A stretch of 64,000 nt of DNA from Dimorphilus gyrociliatus (Eukaryota > Animalia > Annelida). Positions 40,451-53,884 of this stretch are shown here, in pieces. Position numbers and translations under genes: made by a program. The first letter of the stretch is position 1. Every line of letters starts with the position of its first letter. The stretch lies in NCBI GenBank assembly GCA_904063045.1, contig CAJFCJ010000070.1, positions 200,785 through 264,784 on the forward strand. The letters run 5' to 3'. The notes under the pieces are model-generated. The model was given only the letters and a program-made list of their open reading frames with translations. It was not told the origin of the DNA and did no database searches.

Positions 40451-41212
40451 CTAAAAAGAAATGTTAGTTGTTTGTTTACAAAAACCTTGACTGAAAATTA
40501 TTGAATAGTTATTTTCATTTGTATAGTTTCTGCATATTACTGGTACATAAACATAATGATATTTGGTAAAATGTCTACTACATTCAAACAGATTCAATGA
40601 TTTTGGTGAACATTGAAAATATTCTCTTTCATTTTGATATTGTATATATGAATCTTCCACAACATATTTCAACTTGCTAACTTTTGTTTTAAACTCCATT
40701 GAAAAATGATTACAAACTGTTCTTGCATAATTAAGTCTTTGTTCTATTCCATTTTTGTTATTTATGAAAATTAATTGAGGAGAATGATTTATCCAATTAA
40801 TTAACACAAATCTTTTTGTTTTTTTATCAGATAAGAACATCTCTGATTCATGTACAAGTTTGAAATTTGCAACATTCTTACTCTCAATGGTACAAGATAT
40901 ATTATAGATTTCATGGGCATCATATTCAAGTTTTACAAATTTTTCATTAAAAGTAAATACATATTGACTACTTATCTTTTCAGTATTCAAAAGAAAATTT
41001 ATTTTTGTAAAGAAAAATCCATCTTTGCACAAGTTTAATAAACTCTTTTTATCGCTCAATTTAAACTTATAAGATGTTAAATCATATCTTGTGTACAATA
41101 TATCTTTTTTATGTAATACATCATTTAGCTTTAGTACTGTATACAGGACTGCAAAAAACATATTTTTTTTTTTAAAATGCAATATGAACGGACTTTTGCG
41201 TTTTACAGGCAT
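40451..41212 (-). CDS. Uncharacterised ORF, possibly an upstream exon of the GRL101-like gene
   Basis: 253-aa open frame co-oriented with downstream exons. No motif recognised. Confidence 0.35.
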   Translation of the reverse strand: MPVKRKSPFILHFKKKNMFFAVLYTVLKLNDVLHKKDILYTRYDLTSYKFKLSDKKSLLNLCKDGFFFTKINFLLNTEKISSQYVFTFNEKFVKLEYDAHEIYNISCTIESKNVANFKLVHESEMFLSDKKTKRFVLINWINHSPQLIFINNKNGIEQRLNYARTVCNHFSMEFKTKVSKLKYVVEDSYIQYQNEREYFQCSPKSLNLFECSRHFTKYHYVYVPVICRNYTNENNYSIIFSQGFCKQTTNISF

Positions 41213-41229
41213 GTAAATTGGTAGGAACG

Positions 41230-42870
41230 ATCCAAGCAGATTTCGAACATGTAGCTACATGTAGTGTAAGAATGAAAGGAAGAATGATCAAGTTGTGCTA
41301 ATCAACTTTACACGTTTGACAATTTTGAACATATATATCTTAGCATTGAGAGCATTTATAATCTTCATTATAGGAGCATTCCTTGCAAAATTTTGGACAC
41401 TGCCCACATTCGACATCATTTAAGTAATAGCCATTTGAACATGTTCAGCATACTAGAGTTCTGATATCGGAAATCATTTCACAAGATTGGCATTCCTCGT
41501 ATCCGCATTTACTGCAAATTGAGCCTTTCAAACCATACGTAGGAAGACATTTGGTACAGGAAACAGTTCCATCGCTTAATGAACAATTTTCGCATCCTTC
41601 TGGGCATTATGAACATAATTCTCATCCGTTTTGTAAAATATGGAATTGCAATTGAAGCAAGTAAATTTTTTTAATTGTAAAACCATAAGAGCATCCATTA
41701 CAGCCAGCTGGACAGAAAATGCAAGATACTACCAACCAATACACGAATTGATAAATCGCACAAAGACCATTCTCTCCTACTGAATTCATTTCCTGAAATC
41801 CGTGTCTCTAAAAGCTTCAGATGAACAGCCAAAAGCTAAATATATTGCTCTTGTTTGATCTCCAGGGTCTATTCTATACATTCAGTGCACGGCGCTGGAC
41901 TTTGTAGACATTTGATACAAGTCCCAGAAATGTTCAATACATAGCCAACCTTACAAAAGGTACATTTTGTATTGCCAGATGAATCAGTACTACATTTTGA
42001 ACAGCCTTCACGACATTAAGTACAAGTTGGATTAGTTGCAGGTGACGAGGATTGTATTATTGCGTATTCGCTGCCAAGTTACAAACTTTACAATTAGACG
42101 TTACAGCCCAGGACCAGTTTGACAGCTAATACAGGCTGACCTATCAGCTGTTAGTGCATAATTAGGATTACATTTTTTACATTTGCATACGTCATTGTCA
42201 AGTTTCTCTTCTACGCAAAATGGTTTACCAGGTGCCAAGCAACTGATGCAGTCAGTCTGTTGGCTATTTACGAGACTAACTGCGGAACAATCGCAAACAC
42301 AGGCAACCTTTGTTCCTCCCGTGAATAGTTTTTGTACACGGAATACATGAAAAATAGTCACTAGCGATAGCACCAGTTGAGCATTGAGAACAACTAAAAG
42401 TGTACTTTTTCAATCTGATGCTGTGAGTTGTGCAATCAGCAATTTTTGAAGTTTCTATACTACCACGTTGATTGGGATGCTTAAAATATCAGCCATGTCA
42501 GCTGTACATCTTCCGCTAATGCACTTACCTCCCGATAGAACTGCAAGTTGGGCTGTTATATTTTTGCTCACAACCAGGCAATACTATTGGTGTGCTCTCT
42601 GTATGCCACATCCCACTCCAATAGTTAGGATAGAACCAAATATGGCATGAAAATTTTTGACTGTGAATCCGCTTTCGCATTTAGTGCAATGACATATGCT
42701 ACCCCTCTGCTCTTGTAAAATTTCCTCCCAGTTGGGCGACTTCTCTGGAAGACCAGGTGAACAACTGTTTCCTGACCTACCATCAATACACTTTAAGCAA
42801 TATTGACCAGGATTGTCTACTAGGCAAGATAGACAGTTGTTTGTGCAAGGTGTGCAGTAGCTGAACTCAA
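41230..42870 (-). pseudogene. Furin-like cysteine-rich repeat protein, frameshifted
   Basis: Repeated C-x2-C...C-x2-C-x2-GY units (CTKCESGF, CKKCNPNY, CTFCKVGY), broken by frameshifts and stops. Confidence 0.65.
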
Positions 42871-44198
42871 ATAGAATCTACAGCAGGATGTTAAAAGATG
42901 GTACATTTGCTACTTGTGAAGGACTAATTCAATTCTCAAATACGTTGAAAAACGTCAGTTTGTGTAATTGTAATTTTAGAGATGAAAATTGTAAAAAAAA
43001 TGAGAGAAAAGTTAAAACCATTCGCTTAATTTGAAAAATTAGATTTGAGTGTAAATAATGAAATAAGAAATGAGTTTTCTTTTGATATTTCTCAACAAAT
43101 TTTTAATTTAAATATTCAAACAAAAACTGGAAGATAATCTCAAAAGAATAAAAGAAAAAAATGGAAATTGAATTGTAATACAAGTGATTTAAAATATTGT
43201 TTATTATTCTTTCATTTGTAGGTTAGGGAAGCATAAGAGTCTCTCTCTCATTCATCGCATAAAGCACCCGATAACAATTGATCTCTGAGGATCTGAAATT
43301 TGCTGTAGGCAATTCAAGGGAATTTTATTACAGTAAACAAACAACTTCCAAGAGTTACCAATAGCAACGCAACAAGTATCTATGGCTACTGTAACTGTTT
43401 CATAGATTGAATCATCAACACAGCTATGGTATATATTAATTTACAAAACACAATTAGTAAACATGGTAGCCAGATGCATGTATGATAGCCACATCCAAAC
43501 AATTCAATTACTATTATACGCATCACAATTTGATTAAAATTCAACTGAATTCTTTTCACCATTTTGTATTCTTTCTCTTTACGTAGAATTTGAGATTCGC
43601 TCTACTACGTTCAATGAAATTGGCTTGATTGTTCCTGTAAGCAGTTGTTATTTTCCATTGAATATGTGAATTTCAATTGAGCAAGTATGCTCAATGTTTA
43701 GACTTTTAGATGTTTACAAACCTAAAGGCTTTTTCAAAATAAATATATTAATATCAGTAAAATCTGCGACCGAATTATCAATTGTTTTGAAGGGAGTAAT
43801 GAGATTTTCTGCCTAAAGACAAATCACTCTTGTCCCTATTCCTGCACCTGTCCACTACCATTTGAAATTTATTGCCAAACTGGGAATGAATTGTTCAACT
43901 TTGAATCAATATCTTCCCTAAAATTCAAAAGAGTATACGTAAAAAATTCTTTAAATTTAACTGGCTCAATTCAATCGTTTGAATTGATTAATTTAAAAAT
44001 TCAAAATTCAAAAATTGATAATCCACTTAAATATTTGATAATTTAAAATTCAAAAGTTAAAGAAAAACTCCACCAACTTTGGTGGTTAGAAGAAGAAGAG
44101 AAGTCTGGTTTTAAGTTCAAGAATAGTCTATTTGAATTGTTTTAAAAATTTTAAATCCATCATTAATATGAATAGTTTGGAAGATTTTCCCAGGAAAA

Positions 44199-44935
44199 GT
44201 GAATTTTCAAATAGCGAGATTATCTCTTGAATTCCAAAATTTGTCTAACAACAATACATACACTCATGAAAATAGAAGTAAAACAACAACCTTCTATTCA
44301 ACTGATGAAAACCTATTTAAAGATTACAAAAGTACAAAAAAACTGGTAGTGGAAGAAAAGAATATTTTTCTCTCTTTTGAATATTGGCTGAAAGTATAAT
44401 GTCATTTTGATTAAACAATTAACACCTAATATCATTCATATTCCTTTTTCTTTTAACCAAAAGTCTCTTCCATCACTGAAAAACTGCTGCGGAAGTCTCT
44501 CCAACAGATGTCAGCCTATATATTTAACAAAAAAGTGGAAATAGAACATTTCAGTTGTCGAAAATGTGAAAGTTTAATTGATGCGTTAAAGACAAAGATA
44601 AATGATGCATTCATGTTTTGGAATGAGGATTGTATTAGAATTCTTCTCTGGTTGGATAAAAGTTATAGACACAACAATTGGCAATTCAAAACCAACTATG
44701 ATTTTGGGTTCATTCTAGACAGAATTCAGCAGGATGATTGATAGTTGTACCAGCATTCAAGTACAGTTCAGACCATATTCAATTGATGAATAATGGCGAA
44801 CTAATTGAGCATCAATCACTCTATGTTCCTCTCGTCCAAACAGCAAGCACCAATTATAATTTTCCAGTTGAAATCAAGGAAAATGTTGGCGAAAAATTGA
44901 TTATAGAAAAATATAGATTTTCTGTTTCTTCATGA
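44199..44935 (+). other. Chain of short co-oriented ORFs, possibly a decayed gene
   Basis: Three adjacent 65-77 aa ORFs. No recognisable motif. Confidence 0.2.
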
Positions 44936-46099
44936 GTACAATTAAAGGGCAAAGAGATTAAGTCTTATGATAATCAATATCATAATTCTCTTTATTTAGC
45001 CAGATTGCGGAAACATTCTAAAGAGTTTCCTTTTCAGGATGCCTGCTTTCATGCAACATCAACAACTGATTGATTTGAAGTGATATGATTACCAATTCAG
45101 CTTTAGGGGCTATCATCAGTTCCCAACTCGAATCTGAAGGCTATCTTAAATCATTCAACTTGGCAGTTACTTTCAACTATGAAATGTTGTCAGCTAAATT
45201 AGAGGATAGTAATGGCGATGTCATAAAATTTATAGCCTCAATTGAAAGATCAACATTCTGAACCTTGAAAACAATGCTACTACAATGTGTTCAATGATAG
45301 AGAATACTGTTACAACTCTTAATGAAACAACAAATTAAAGAGCGGAATCTATTGTTCTTATTGAATTTGATCTATTATATCACCTAGTTTCATTGAAAAT
45401 TCAATTTTCAAATACAAATAGAGAAGAGTGATTGGTTAAAGGGAGAGTAATGATTGGAATTCACTAGACAAATATAGAGTTGCAAAATTAGATCATCAAA
45501 ATTCTTCTAAGCATCGAGGTGAAGATAAACAGCGTTCTCTCCATCACCGAATTGATAATCTGAAACCTCAGTCTGATTTTAAATATTAGGGATGGATAGC
45601 AAATGAATATCACTACTGATGATAGTTGTCAAGAGGCTCTTTTTTGCTTTTTTATTGATCAATTAAACATTCATCTATTCCAAATTCATTTAACCCTCCT
45701 TTGATAAATATATTTATTTATTTATGGTTAGGATAAAACTAGCAAAAAAGGGATGAGTTTTGGCCATACCTGTGATTTCAATTGAGAACAGGAAGTCCAC
45801 AAATTAATTCCAAAGAGTTGTACAACTTGATGATGGATGATAAATTGAGAAAAAAACTGACAATCTTTATGGTAATTACTAAGGGGACACATAGTAAAAA
45901 GAGGCACGTTTACAAACAAACCTAGCAAATGAACTTTTAATCTATAGAAGAAGACAATAGGGAGAGTATATTTTCGGATAATGAGAAAGAAGCATTGTTA
46001 ACTGGAACAGATATTTGTCTTATCAATAGCTATAAAAATTGACAGACAGTCTACCAGTTTCTTATATGAAAAAGAACAACTGAAAAAATTCTTGTCCTA

Positions 46100-46430
46100 G
46101 ACACAAGACCATAAATCTATGGAATGTGCCGATATTCATCATGTTTTTTCAAGAATCCATGAATTGAAAAGAGTTGATAAAATAGATCTCTAACAACTTT
46201 CAAAGTTGCATCAATGAACCAAATTTTACAGCATTGCAGTAATTCTATTTGATGATTTGTACCAAAGAAAATACAACAATTTTTCTTTTCTTTTATATCT
46301 CTCAATAAGAAATTGTTCGGAATTTCATCTAGATTTACTTCAAACTATAAATCTCTACAATGCTTTGGTCTTCTATTCTCTTTATATCTGCAAGCTTTTC
46401 TTCTTAGTGATTCTAATTCTAGCAAATCTT
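46100..46430 (-). mobile_element. MULE transposase remnant
   Basis: IWFIDATLKVVRDLFYQLFSIHGF corresponds to WYxDGTFKIVKxPFxQL. Confidence 0.75.
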
Positions 46431-46432
46431 CA

Positions 46433-46970
46433 TGTACTTTGTTGTATTGTAATTGTAGGAATATCTGGTTCGCCACAACAGTATTGGTCCTCATCAATCA
46501 TTGATCAACTCACCAAAGTACTGGTCCAAATAGAACCTTTTAAGTTTGTCCACAACGTAGCCTCAATAAATGTAATTTAGATAGAAATTAATCAACAAAA
46601 TGCCAGTTCATCATCCAAAGAATATGTATTGAGTAAATGAGTTTCTAGTTCTAAACAAGTAAGCTTAAACAGCCAGCTAACAGTTAAAGAACTGAACTGC
46701 CAAGCTGGGAAATGCATTTCCTTTTATACATTTACCAAAGCTTGGGTTCAATTTGTCAAAAGATTAAAATAAAAAGTGAAATGCAACAAAAACATTAAAG
46801 ATTGTCATAAAACACATATAGATCATCATGACATGGCCAACATCTGCCACTGGAGATTAAGTCTGCCTCATCAACATCTGGCATTGCTCAAGATGTCACA
46901 ATTTTGACATGCATCTTTTTTCCATGTTCTTTGTTCCTTTATTCCTACGAAATAGAGTTGTTTCTATAAA
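46433..46970 (-). repeat. Diverged LTR of family A (same variant as 4040-4651)
   Basis: Ends ...CAAAGTACA. Colinear with the 4040-4651 copy. Confidence 0.7.
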
Positions 46971-47134
46971 ATAAAATTTTATAAAATATTGAAGAAATAA
47001 ACATAATCCATCATCAAATTTCAAGTTGTAGTTGTCAGTATGCGACAATATCTTATGTTTTAATTCACATTCAATTAAAAAGTGGAGAACATTTTATATT
47101 ACAAAAGATACATTTGTTAAAACTTTGAGATGAA

Positions 47135-49550
47135 ATGGAAATATTAAAGTTTGAATTTATATTTACAGAAAAGGATATTGAACCTCTCGAATTATTGCAT
47201 AATTTCACAAAAGGATGGAATGAAATTCTATTTGATAATATAAATTTTATCAAATCTATTAAAATAACTGTAAATAATTCAAGTTCAACAAATCTGGAAG
47301 TTGGTGAAATTCAAATGTTAGGCTTAGTGAAATATTTCTTTTCATGTAATGAGTGGGCTATTAATTCTAAAAAAACATCAGAGTTCACATATTTTCAAAA
47401 TCTATACAATTCAAAAAATGTAGATGTTGCCAGAATAGAAATGTGGTTCAATGGGTGTTTCTTCTTCTGGTAATTGCTATTTAGCTATAAAGGATTCAGT
47501 TGTTTTTATTGATGAATTATGGAAATCATTGGCAACTGATAAACAAATATATCTAAGAGTAAATCTTTACAAAAGATACCTTATAAAAGAAATTCTTGTA
47601 AAACAGCCTATAGAAAATAAAATTGACTATATTTATATAGGAAATGAAGAGAATGTGATTGATTTGCTGGTAAATAAAACTGGTATGATAACAACAATAC
47701 AAGCAAATGTTAGAACAAATTTTTTGAAATTTTCAATTCCTAATGACAAAAACAGTTTTATTGGCCTATATGAAGTCAAGGTATTTACCTATAAACCATC
47801 AGGATATTTATTGAAATGCACGGAATATCCACAAAGAATTTTAACTTTTGATTCTGTTTTAGAAAACCATAAAACAAAAACCTATAATCCAACATCAACT
47901 GACCAATGCGGCCAGAATTTCCAATTCTTTGGGTAAATCATTTTCTCTTTGAAAATAATATATTTAAATATTTAAATTTTTTCCATATATTTTTAGGTCA
48001 ACAATCAATTTTTTTCAATCAGCTACAGTCACAAATAAGAATTAATTCTTTTTTGTGTGAAATGCGAATGACAATTTCATGTCAACACTATTTATCAGAT
48101 AATATAAAAGGAATTTTATATAATTATAATAATCAAACAATAAGTATTTTGGAAGAAGATTCTAATTGTTTAAAATCCAATGAAAAATGCCAATGTAGTA
48201 ATAATTCTACTGAAAGTTATTATGGAACTGTCAGATTTTCAAGTAAAGATTTGCCAATTTCAAAGATTTGTAGAAGTAAAAGAGATAATGGTATTGATTC
48301 ACCAAAAATTCTTATCAGTGTAATGCCACTGCTCTGCTATTCTGAATTACATTATTTGATTTCTGATAATAAAGAAATTATTGATAATAGTCTTCAGACA
48401 TGTTCAAGAAATCTACAATTTAATACTGTTTCTATTCATTCAAAATTTCAAGATTATAGTTCTCTAGAAACAAAATTATGGCTTGGACACAAAAATTCAT
48501 CTACATGGATGTACTTTGTTGTTTCGTGATCATAGGAATTTCATTCTCGTTCCAACTGTATTCGTCCGTACTGCTCATTTAATATTATGCCAAAGTACTT
48601 GTCCAAATAGAACCTCAAGTTTGTCCACAAGTATCAACAAATGAATGATATTCGTCCAAAGTTTTTTTTTTTTATATCAAACTTTCAACAAAAAGCCAGT
48701 ATTTTCCAAATAAGATATGTATTCAATATTCTGAGCTTTTACCTCTAAGCAAGTGGTTAGAAAACTAAGCTAACAACTGTTCAATTCTAAGGGTTTATAT
48801 ACTTTCCTAAGAGTTTAACAGTTCACAATTTCAAAGTTTGAACAATGCAAAGTAACGTTTTAACACAATTGAAAGTTCTAAAAATGGTTCCACCTTTAAT
48901 TGATTTTCATTCATCCTGAGTAATTAGGTCAGATAAATTTAGATGGTCAACTTCTTTCGTAAGATGTAACAATTTTGTTAACATTCAATTCAACCATTGA
49001 AAGTGAAAAATTCAAACTGGTCCAAAAGTCAACAATAGTTGAGTTTTACCTTTTGATACTCTTTAGCTGGTGGCTAAATAAATGTTCTTAAGTGATTAAA
49101 GTAAGACTAATGTAGTTCTATAGTTAATGCTAAATTCATTGCATTTGTTTGCAAGTATTTTATATGCTCATGTGCTACCTGCATTGCGGCATATGTGTAT
49201 AATAGAATTGTGTGTACCCAGCACACAATGCTATTGCTAAGTATTCATATTAAATAGTATTGAATTAAGTCTATGGTTTTCTAAAAGAGCATCTATATTG
49301 AACTGAAGTGCACAATGGAATTGTCAAGATATAATTGTTTATCAACATAACATTGAAAATTGTGGTAATTCTGCATTTAGTAAATGCAATTTAGTAGAAT
49401 ATGAACAATTAAGTTCAGCTTCAATTAAAGTTTGTAAATATATTTGCAAAATAGGAACTATTGACCAAATACAAATTATGAAGAAATTTCAAATTTCTCA
49501 AACAGAAATAGAATTGTGCAAAGGAACTGTGGCTTTGTTAGATTTGTAAT
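47135..49550 (+). pseudogene. Discoidin/F5-8-like plus Caspr/COLFI-like domain gene, interrupted by an LTR fragment
   Basis: GWNEI...IKITV...LEVGEI. QLQSQI..FLCEMRMTISC...CQC...DLPI...PLLC. Terminal CKYICK module at about 49430. Confidence 0.5.
48588..48974 (-). repeat. Partial family A LTR
   Basis: CAAAGTACT..CCAAATAGAACC..GTTTGTCCACAAG through AGATGTAACAATT. Confidence 0.65.
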
Positions 49551-50232
49551 TATATGAATGAAAAATAATTATTCTTTGAAAATAATACATGAATTTAATA
49601 CAGAAATAACTCCCTTTTGAAACAGCTGAGCTATGATTCTACCAATAATAGAGTACTGGTCCTGATAGCACCAAATAGTTAGTAAAGTGGCTGGAAAAAT
49701 GAAAATTTCTAAGCAAACCAAAGGGCTAGGTTAGTTTAAAAGCAAAGCTTTTTGTGCACATTTTCCATGACATCCAAATTCATTCAGTACTGAATGCTTA
49801 ATTCTAGTTCAGGCTGCTTTTTATGCACTCTTTTTGTACAGGTAGATGGCTTATAGCACTGATAGCCAAGTGAAAGTGAACCTGGGTGTAGCTGTACCCA
49901 TTTCATTTCCCAATACCAATATATTGGCAACCCCTGAAAACATTTTTGGAAAAAGTTAGTTGGAAAATTTTTATTCATTTTTTGTTAGAGAGGTTGCATT
50001 TCTGTATCAGAGAATATAAATAACATAGATATTACCCAGAATTTCAGATATATTCTTAAAAGTTTACAGCTTCTGTGTGTATGTTTACACCTCCATCTAA
50101 GATATCTATAAGAATATTACTGAAAAGAATACAATAAAACAAATTATTGGACTATTGAAGAAAGAATACTATGCAAAAAAAATACTTAATGTTTGAATTA
50201 ATAATTCATGAGCCAATACCTTCCAAGTCTAT

Positions 50233-50933
50233 TGTACAACTTTGGTTATATTCTACATGCTTAAACTCTAGTACTTTATGCAACTTATACATGTACATCT
50301 TAAAACCTATGCAAGAAAATGCTATAACATTGGCCAAACATAAGTCTGATTAGTCAGCTTCAAGGCTCATCTTTAATTACCAATAAAGGTTTGGCCAAGT
50401 TATAATTCAATTAACCTTCCTAAATGTTCAACCTTGTTACATCCTCTTACTAAACATAAATATGAACTACACATTTCAGCAACTGTAAAGTGATGATTGG
50501 ATGTTAGAGGCAAACCTCAAAGTATATAAATCCTCACTATTCACATTCTGCGTGTCACTTGTATCTGGACCCAAGGACCTGGGAAGAGAACCTGGAAACA
50601 ACCTCCACTGGAACCATCCATCTACTCCTCAACATAGGAAGACAGTTTGGTAATTTGACAACCTGCTATTACAAACTATCTACTCTGCTATTGAACTCTC
50701 ATATTGTTACTTGCTTAAGTATTATTATTGCGAATAAACCATTTTATTTTAAACATTTGTTTAAAAGGTTTGAGTAGAACCAGTATTGTTATCACTTGCA
50801 AATGCATAGATTTTGTCAGCAAGAGCAGTACAAATTTGGCACAGTCGACAGGATATTATTTTGGTTTATTCAAAAGTTTGGAGAAATTAAATATGGCAGA
50901 AGGAGGAAATGGTAATGCCATTGGGGCAGCTAC
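50233..50933 (+). mobile_element. Diverged 5' LTR (50233-50832) of family B with PBS and the first gag codons, then truncated
   Basis: TGTACA...GTACA, PBS TGGCACAGTCGACAGGAT at 50837, ATG GCA GAA GGA GGA at 50893. Confidence 0.9.
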
Positions 50934-51149
50934 ATTTTGTATTTTTTAGATATGATAGTTAATTCATTTTAATAATATAGCTTTAATATTATAGCCTATA
51001 GTCTACTTTAGAAAATTCACTATTTTATTTTTTAATAGTGCATTGCATTATTTGTTTTAAATTCTTTAACCTTCATTATCTAACATAATAACTGTTGCTT
51101 CACACAAATTTGCATCATTATCTGGGTATTTTTGGTATTCCTTAACAAT

Positions 51150-52090
51150 TTATAAATGACGAATTACTGCAAATTTACATATATATTTACATAGTTTAAT
51201 AGAGAAGTAATCTGAATTTTCTGAATTATGAAAAGGACATTGGCACAGTGATAGGCTCCCGCAATTTTTAGTATTATCTTCCTTATAAACTGTAATATCT
51301 TGACAATCAAATGGATTCTTATTCTCTTTAAACCATAGGTTAAATTTTATTTCAATAAATATATTTCTATCAGTTGCCAATGGTTTCCACATTTCATCAA
51401 TATAAACAACGGAATCTTTCATTGCTGATTTACAATTACCAGTTGATGATAGGCAAGTTGAACCACTTTCAATTCTTGAAACATCTAATGATATCCAATT
51501 ATCAATTATTGACAGAGGGACAGTGGCTTTTTTAAGTTTTGATTCATTAGACCATTCATAACATGATAGAAAATATTTATTTAAAAACCAAGTATTTGAA
51601 ATTCACCAATTTCTAGATCATCATAATCAGATTCACTTACCATTACATAGATTCTAAATATAGATGTTAAGTTAGAAAATTCAATTTCATTCCAGCCATT
51701 AGTAAAATTATGCTGTAAAACATAATCTTCTGTATTGTCTGAAAATGTTAATGTCAAATTCAACTTTTCGTGTCCATTACGTAATTTTAGGAGATGTATC
51801 ATATGCAATTTAAAATTTTCTCCATCTTGAATTTGAAACCAAAATTTAAAATTACCAAATTCATACAATCCGTAATGAAGTGAACCACTTTGACGAAAAA
51901 TCTGGTCAGATGACAATAGATTTACGTAATCTTCATAAAATCCATAGATTAATGGTACAAACAATATGGTCGAACCGAAATAGCTTTTTGTCATATACAT
52001 TTCTTTTTTGAACAACTCATTCAAAGAGAGAAGGTTCTCCAATTGACAAACAGGTTTTTTTTCAATTGTCCAATTTGTGTATATAGACAC
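51150..52090 (-). pseudogene. Shorter inverted paralog of the 47135-49550 gene
   Basis: HNFTNGWNEI/LEIGEFQILG vs HNFTKGWNEI/LEVGEIQMLG. KDSVVYIDEMWKPLATD vs KDSVVFIDELWKSLATD. CKYICK. Confidence 0.6.
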
Positions 52091-53133
52091 GGGATAATGA
52101 TCTTATCTCTTCATTTCAGAAATTTTTAAATAATTAATGATCAATGTCAATTGAAATTCAATTTTATCAATATTTTTTATTTATTAAGTTTGAGGAGAAA
52201 TTGATTATCTGACTTTTCTTTATTAATACATTCAGTTTTTTGTTTGTCTCCACGAGTCAATAGCAAATGTCCATAAATTGATAGACTGGTAGACATAAAG
52301 AAAATCTATAGAAAATGAAGTATAAAATGCTAACTTAGTTTCCCTATTTTCACTTTTTTTTGATGTAATTTAAAAAGAAAATATGGGGTAAAATGTCATT
52401 GAATAAATACTTTTTATTTGGTAATATAAATGTTAGCAACTGGCCTGTTTGGTAGTGAATTTTATATTTCTATAATTGACCTTCACCTTTGAATTAATAT
52501 AGACTAGAAATCTACCTAACCCTAACCTTAAATAATTTATAAACCAAAGACATAAAACAAAGCAATTGATGTCAATTTCCAATTATCGCTAAATAAACTA
52601 TAAATCTGAAATTGAAACTTTATTCGAAGTTTCTATAGAATTCCAACCAGAATTTGTATCATAAACAATTTGTTGAGAAGCAATTTTAACTCTTTCAGTT
52701 GCTTGTAAATTATTTGTTTTATAGGCAAAAATGCTGAATGTTGTTCAGTAGCATTGGGCTTATATCCTGATATATATGTATCTGAGGATGTTGATCTTGG
52801 AGATCCTTCAATCAGCTTTCAGGATAATCTATCATTTTCATCTAAATGCAGAATAATCCCTTTTGATGCTTTATTGTTGAGTCCTTGGAAAGTTAATGAG
52901 AATGATTAGAAGCATTCTAAGCAAATTATCAGAGGAAGCTAAATTTACAGAAACAAATAGAAAATGGTCTGGAAATCAAAAGGAACAATTAAAACTTACA
53001 TATCTATAGGGCAGGAATTAAAAGGAAAGAACATCTATGAAAATAATTCTAGTTAAAAAATATAAGCATTATGGAAATATTTAGGGTGGGCGAAATTACA
53101 AGAAAATAGCTTATTAAAATGTCTTCTAAATTG

Positions 53134-53427
53134 TTAGGGTTAGGGTTAGGGTTAGGTTAGGGTTAGGGTTAGGTTAGGGTTAGGTTAGGGTTAGGGTTAG
53201 GGTTAGGTTAGGGTTAGGTTAGGGTTAGGGTTAGGTTAGGGTTAGGGTTAGGTTAGGGTTAGGGTTAGGGTTAGGGTTAGGGTTAGGGTTAGGGTTAGGT
53301 TAGGGTTAGGGTTAGGGTTAGGGTTAGGGTTAGGGTTAGGGTTAGGGTTAGGGTTAGGGTTAGGTTAGGTTAGGTTAGGGTTAGGGTTAGGGTTAGGGTT
53401 AGGGTTTGGTAAGGGTTATGGGTTAGG
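53134..53427 (+). repeat. Telomeric-type tract of mixed TTAGGG/TTAGG, degenerate in the last ~20 bp
   Basis: Directly visible. G-rich strand on +. Confidence 0.98.
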
Positions 53428-53736
53428 CCACTCACACAACTCTGGTAATGTTTTTGGGAACTGGTTAGCTAGTGTTCCAGTGTAATACCTAACTTTTACT
53501 CAATGTTAGGTAGGGGTTCTCCTTGGTCAGGATTATAGATCTGGGCTCCCAGTTCTAGTCAGGTTTTGGGAACTGGTTAGTTGGTGTTCCAGGGTTCTAC
53601 CAATTTTCCAATAGGTAGGAGTTCTCTATGTCTGAGCTCCTTGGTGCTTCAGTGCTCTGTCAAACTCTTAGTCTTATTCAATAACAATTAAATTTTTTCT
53701 TTTTCATCAACTTTTTATTTTAAACTTTAAAACATA

Positions 53737-53781
53737 TTACAACAATATTTCGCCTCTACTTGAGGCTTCATCAGGTTGTAA
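53737..53781 (-). ncRNA. Minimal type I hammerhead ribozyme (HHR1)
   Basis: UUACAAC CUGAUGA A GCCUC-AAGUA-GAGGC GAAA UA UU GUUGUAA: 7-bp stem I, 5-bp stem II, palindromic mini stem III (AUAU). Confidence 0.85.
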
Positions 53782-53884
53782 GTTAAACTGAACACAAACA
53801 TAAGTATTTATACCATCACCACAAAAAAAATTTATATATAAAACATGAAAACAAGATGGCTGCCCTTGCACTAGCGCCACCTAA

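Noticed and set aside
41230-42870. Idea that the Cys-rich repeat uses a ciliate code (TAA = Gln)
   Set aside because: Frameshifts are also needed to follow the repeats, so ordinary pseudogene decay explains the stops.
52510-52535. CCTAACCCTAACCTT, a short C-strand telomere-like word
   Set aside because: Only about two units, opposite polarity, with no associated element. Could be chance.
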